This document shows, in pieces, positions 16,927-18,433 of a stretch of DNA of 18,433 nucleotides (position 1 is its first letter; each line of letters begins with the position of its first letter). Origin of the DNA: Candidatus Odinarchaeota archaeon (lineage in GTDB: Archaea; Asgardarchaeota; Odinarchaeia; Odinarchaeales; Odinarchaeaceae); NCBI GenBank assembly GCA_038826135.1, contig JAWBON010000022.1, positions 1 to 18,433 on the forward strand. The letters run 5' to 3'. Position numbers and translations under genes: made by a program. The notes beneath the pieces were generated by a model. It saw only the letters and a list, made by a program, of their open reading frames with translations, made no database searches and was not told the DNA's origin.

Positions 16927-17634
16927 TTAACGACCACCATTAAAAGATTTTATAAGAGATTCGAATATCAGCCGGCCGTGCTCAGTACGGTATGGGCTGA
17001 GAACTGTTTCAGACGCTCGCTCAGGATGAGGCATCAAACCGACAACGTTCCCTTCAAGATTGCATATCCCGGCTATATTATCCATAGAACCATTAGGATT
17101 AGCCTCTCTTGATTCAACCCCGGATTCGTCAACATATTTAAACACGATTTGATCATTATCGTAAAGCTCTTTAATTCTCTTACGCGTGTTCACATACCGG
17201 CCTTCCTTATGAGCTATAGGTATTCTAATAATAGAGGATTTTTTAACATATCTTGTAAAAGGTGTCCTAGTGGTTTCCACACGGAGATTAACCCATTTAC
17301 ATACAAATGTTAAACAGTCGTTTTGAAGCAGCGCACCGTCTAATAGTTTAGCTTCAATCAGTATTTGAAATCCGTTGCAGATTCCAAGCACAGGTTTACC
17401 CTCAGCAGCCATTTCTCTCACATGCCGCATAGCTGGACTGTAAGCGGCTATCACACCAGCTCGAAGGTGATCACCATATGAAAAACCGCCGGGCAGTATG
17501 ACAGCGTCATAGTCACCGCTGTTAAATTCTTTATGCCAGACTAGGCTAGTTTCCTGTTTCAAAACATCTTTTAAAACGTGGAGGGCATCATAGTCGCAAT
17601 TTGACCCGGGGAATTGTATTATAGCTATTTTCAA
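16927..17634 (-). CDS. purQ: FGAM synthase glutaminase subunit PurQ
   Basis: FPGSNCD, PGGFSYGD, GICNGFQIL, NPNGS, GLMPHPER. TTG start overlaps the purS stop (TTGA), with an AGGAG SD. Confidence 0.96.
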   Translation of the reverse strand: MKIAIIQFPGSNCDYDALHVLKDVLKQETSLVWHKEFNSGDYDAVILPGGFSYGDHLRAGVIAAYSPAMRHVREMAAEGKPVLGICNGFQILIEAKLLDGALLQNDCLTFVCKWVNLRVETTRTPFTRYVKKSSIIRIPIAHKEGRYVNTRKRIKELYDNDQIVFKYVDESGVESREANPNGSMDNIAGICNLEGNVVGLMPHPERASETVLSPYRTEHGRLIFESLIKSFNGGR

Positions 17635-17897
17635 CTAGTACTCTCCTTTAAAACCATACTATAAGTATGAGCTACAGGATTATACAGTCTAAGATCATTA
17701 ATCATTTTCACAACGTAGTTTTTAGCTTCCTCAGCATTATTAGCGGAAACCTTTATTCTCAGAAACTTACCTGTTCTAACAGAGTTAATCAGTTCATAGC
17801 CTGCTTTATGCATTAAGTCGCGCATTATAGTCATTCCTTCCGGATCCTTAGCGTACGGTTTACTTTCAATAACAACCTCTATAATATATTCATTCAA
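17631..17897 (-). CDS. purS: FGAM synthase subunit PurS
   Basis: 88 aa with DPEG, VRTGK and LYNPV, positioned between purC and purQ. TTG start overlaps the purC stop. Confidence 0.92.
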   Translation of the reverse strand: MNEYIIEVVIESKPYAKDPEGMTIMRDLMHKAGYELINSVRTGKFLRIKVSANNAEEAKNYVVKMINDLRLYNPVAHTYSMVLKESTS

Positions 17898-18433
17898 CTT
17901 TCAAGACCCTCTTGTAAAGGTTCTTCACCTGTTATTACTTTAAAAGTCTCTATATATGTTTCCCTAACTTTATCCAAGCTGTCACCGCTCCTGTAACCAT
18001 CTTTATCGAAGGCTATTCCACCATCTGGAGAGGACCAAAGCCTCATAGAATCCCCGTTCAACTCGTCACCTATTATAAGTTCATCTTTTTTTAAACGTCC
18101 GAACTCAATTTTAAAGTCTACAAATATTAGATTACGCTTCTTAAAGAAGTCTTTCAGAACATTATTAGCTTTCAAAGTGTATTCTTTAATCTGAAGTGTT
18201 TCTCTCTCTGAAGCGATGTTGAGAGCTTGAATATGGTATTCGTTAAGCATAGGGTCGTGTAATTCATCAGATTTATAGAAGAACTCGATTATCGGTGGTT
18301 TAAGCTGCTGGCCTGTTTTAAAGAATGGGAGTTTTTTAACAAGATGACCTGCCGCTATATTTCTGCAGACAACCTCTATTGGAAGCATTTGAATTTTTTT
18401 AGCAATGATTATGTTAGGGAAAATATAATCAAC
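17894..18433 (-). CDS. purC: SAICAR synthetase (5' end outside window)
   Basis: The frame stays open from 18388 to the window edge (VDYIFPNIIIAKKIQM...). Motifs PIEVVCRNIAAG, EFFYKSDELHDP, VDFKIEFG, DEL-x-x-DSMRLW, FDKD-x-YR. Confidence 0.95.
   Translation of the reverse strand, partial: VDYIFPNIIIAKKIQMLPIEVVCRNIAAGHLVKKLPFFKTGQQLKPPIIEFFYKSDELHDPMLNEYHIQALNIASERETLQIKEYTLKANNVLKDFFKKRNLIFVDFKIEFGRLKKDELIIGDELNGDSMRLWSSPDGGIAFDKDGYRSGDSLDKVRETYIETFKVITGEEPLQEGLES

Noticed and set aside
5700-16930. Short plus-strand ORFs (5700, 7574, 9428, 10286, 12887, 13578, 16211, 16657, 16700), including the 200-aa ORF at 10286-10888
   Set aside because: All are antisense to well-supported minus-strand genes, lack motifs and SD sites, and have the Ser/Pro/Thr-rich composition typical of shadow frames.
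1-18433. tRNA/rRNA genes, CRISPR arrays, transposases, inteins, programmed frameshifts, purine riboswitch
   Set aside because: The window is almost fully coding with short gaps. All long ORFs are uninterrupted and of expected size, and no intein signature was seen in the helicase insert. The operon leader lies outside the window.

Overview
Archaeal chromosomal window (lineage cannot be fixed from sequence alone). The right two-thirds (5241-18433, minus strand) is a tightly packed de novo purine operon, read purC (5'-truncated)-purS-purQ-purL-purF-purD-[HAD-fold EhaR/COG4030-like protein]-[PfkB/ribokinase-family kinase]-purE-purB-purM-purP-guaA (glutaminase subunit only). The left third holds a single-chain aconitase-family gene, a Hel308/Ski2-like helicase paralogue with degenerate motifs and a SWIM zinc finger inserted in its winged helix, and a divergently transcribed Pol-beta-type nucleotidyltransferase gene (837..<1). 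That last gene is missing from the supplied ORF track because it runs off the window edge. The best leads are the non-canonical HAD + PfkB pair inside the pur operon and the nucleotidyltransferase / SWIM pseudo-helicase pair. A 39-bp patch in purM looks like a directional (to G) sequence corruption. No RNA genes, CRISPR arrays or mobile elements were seen.
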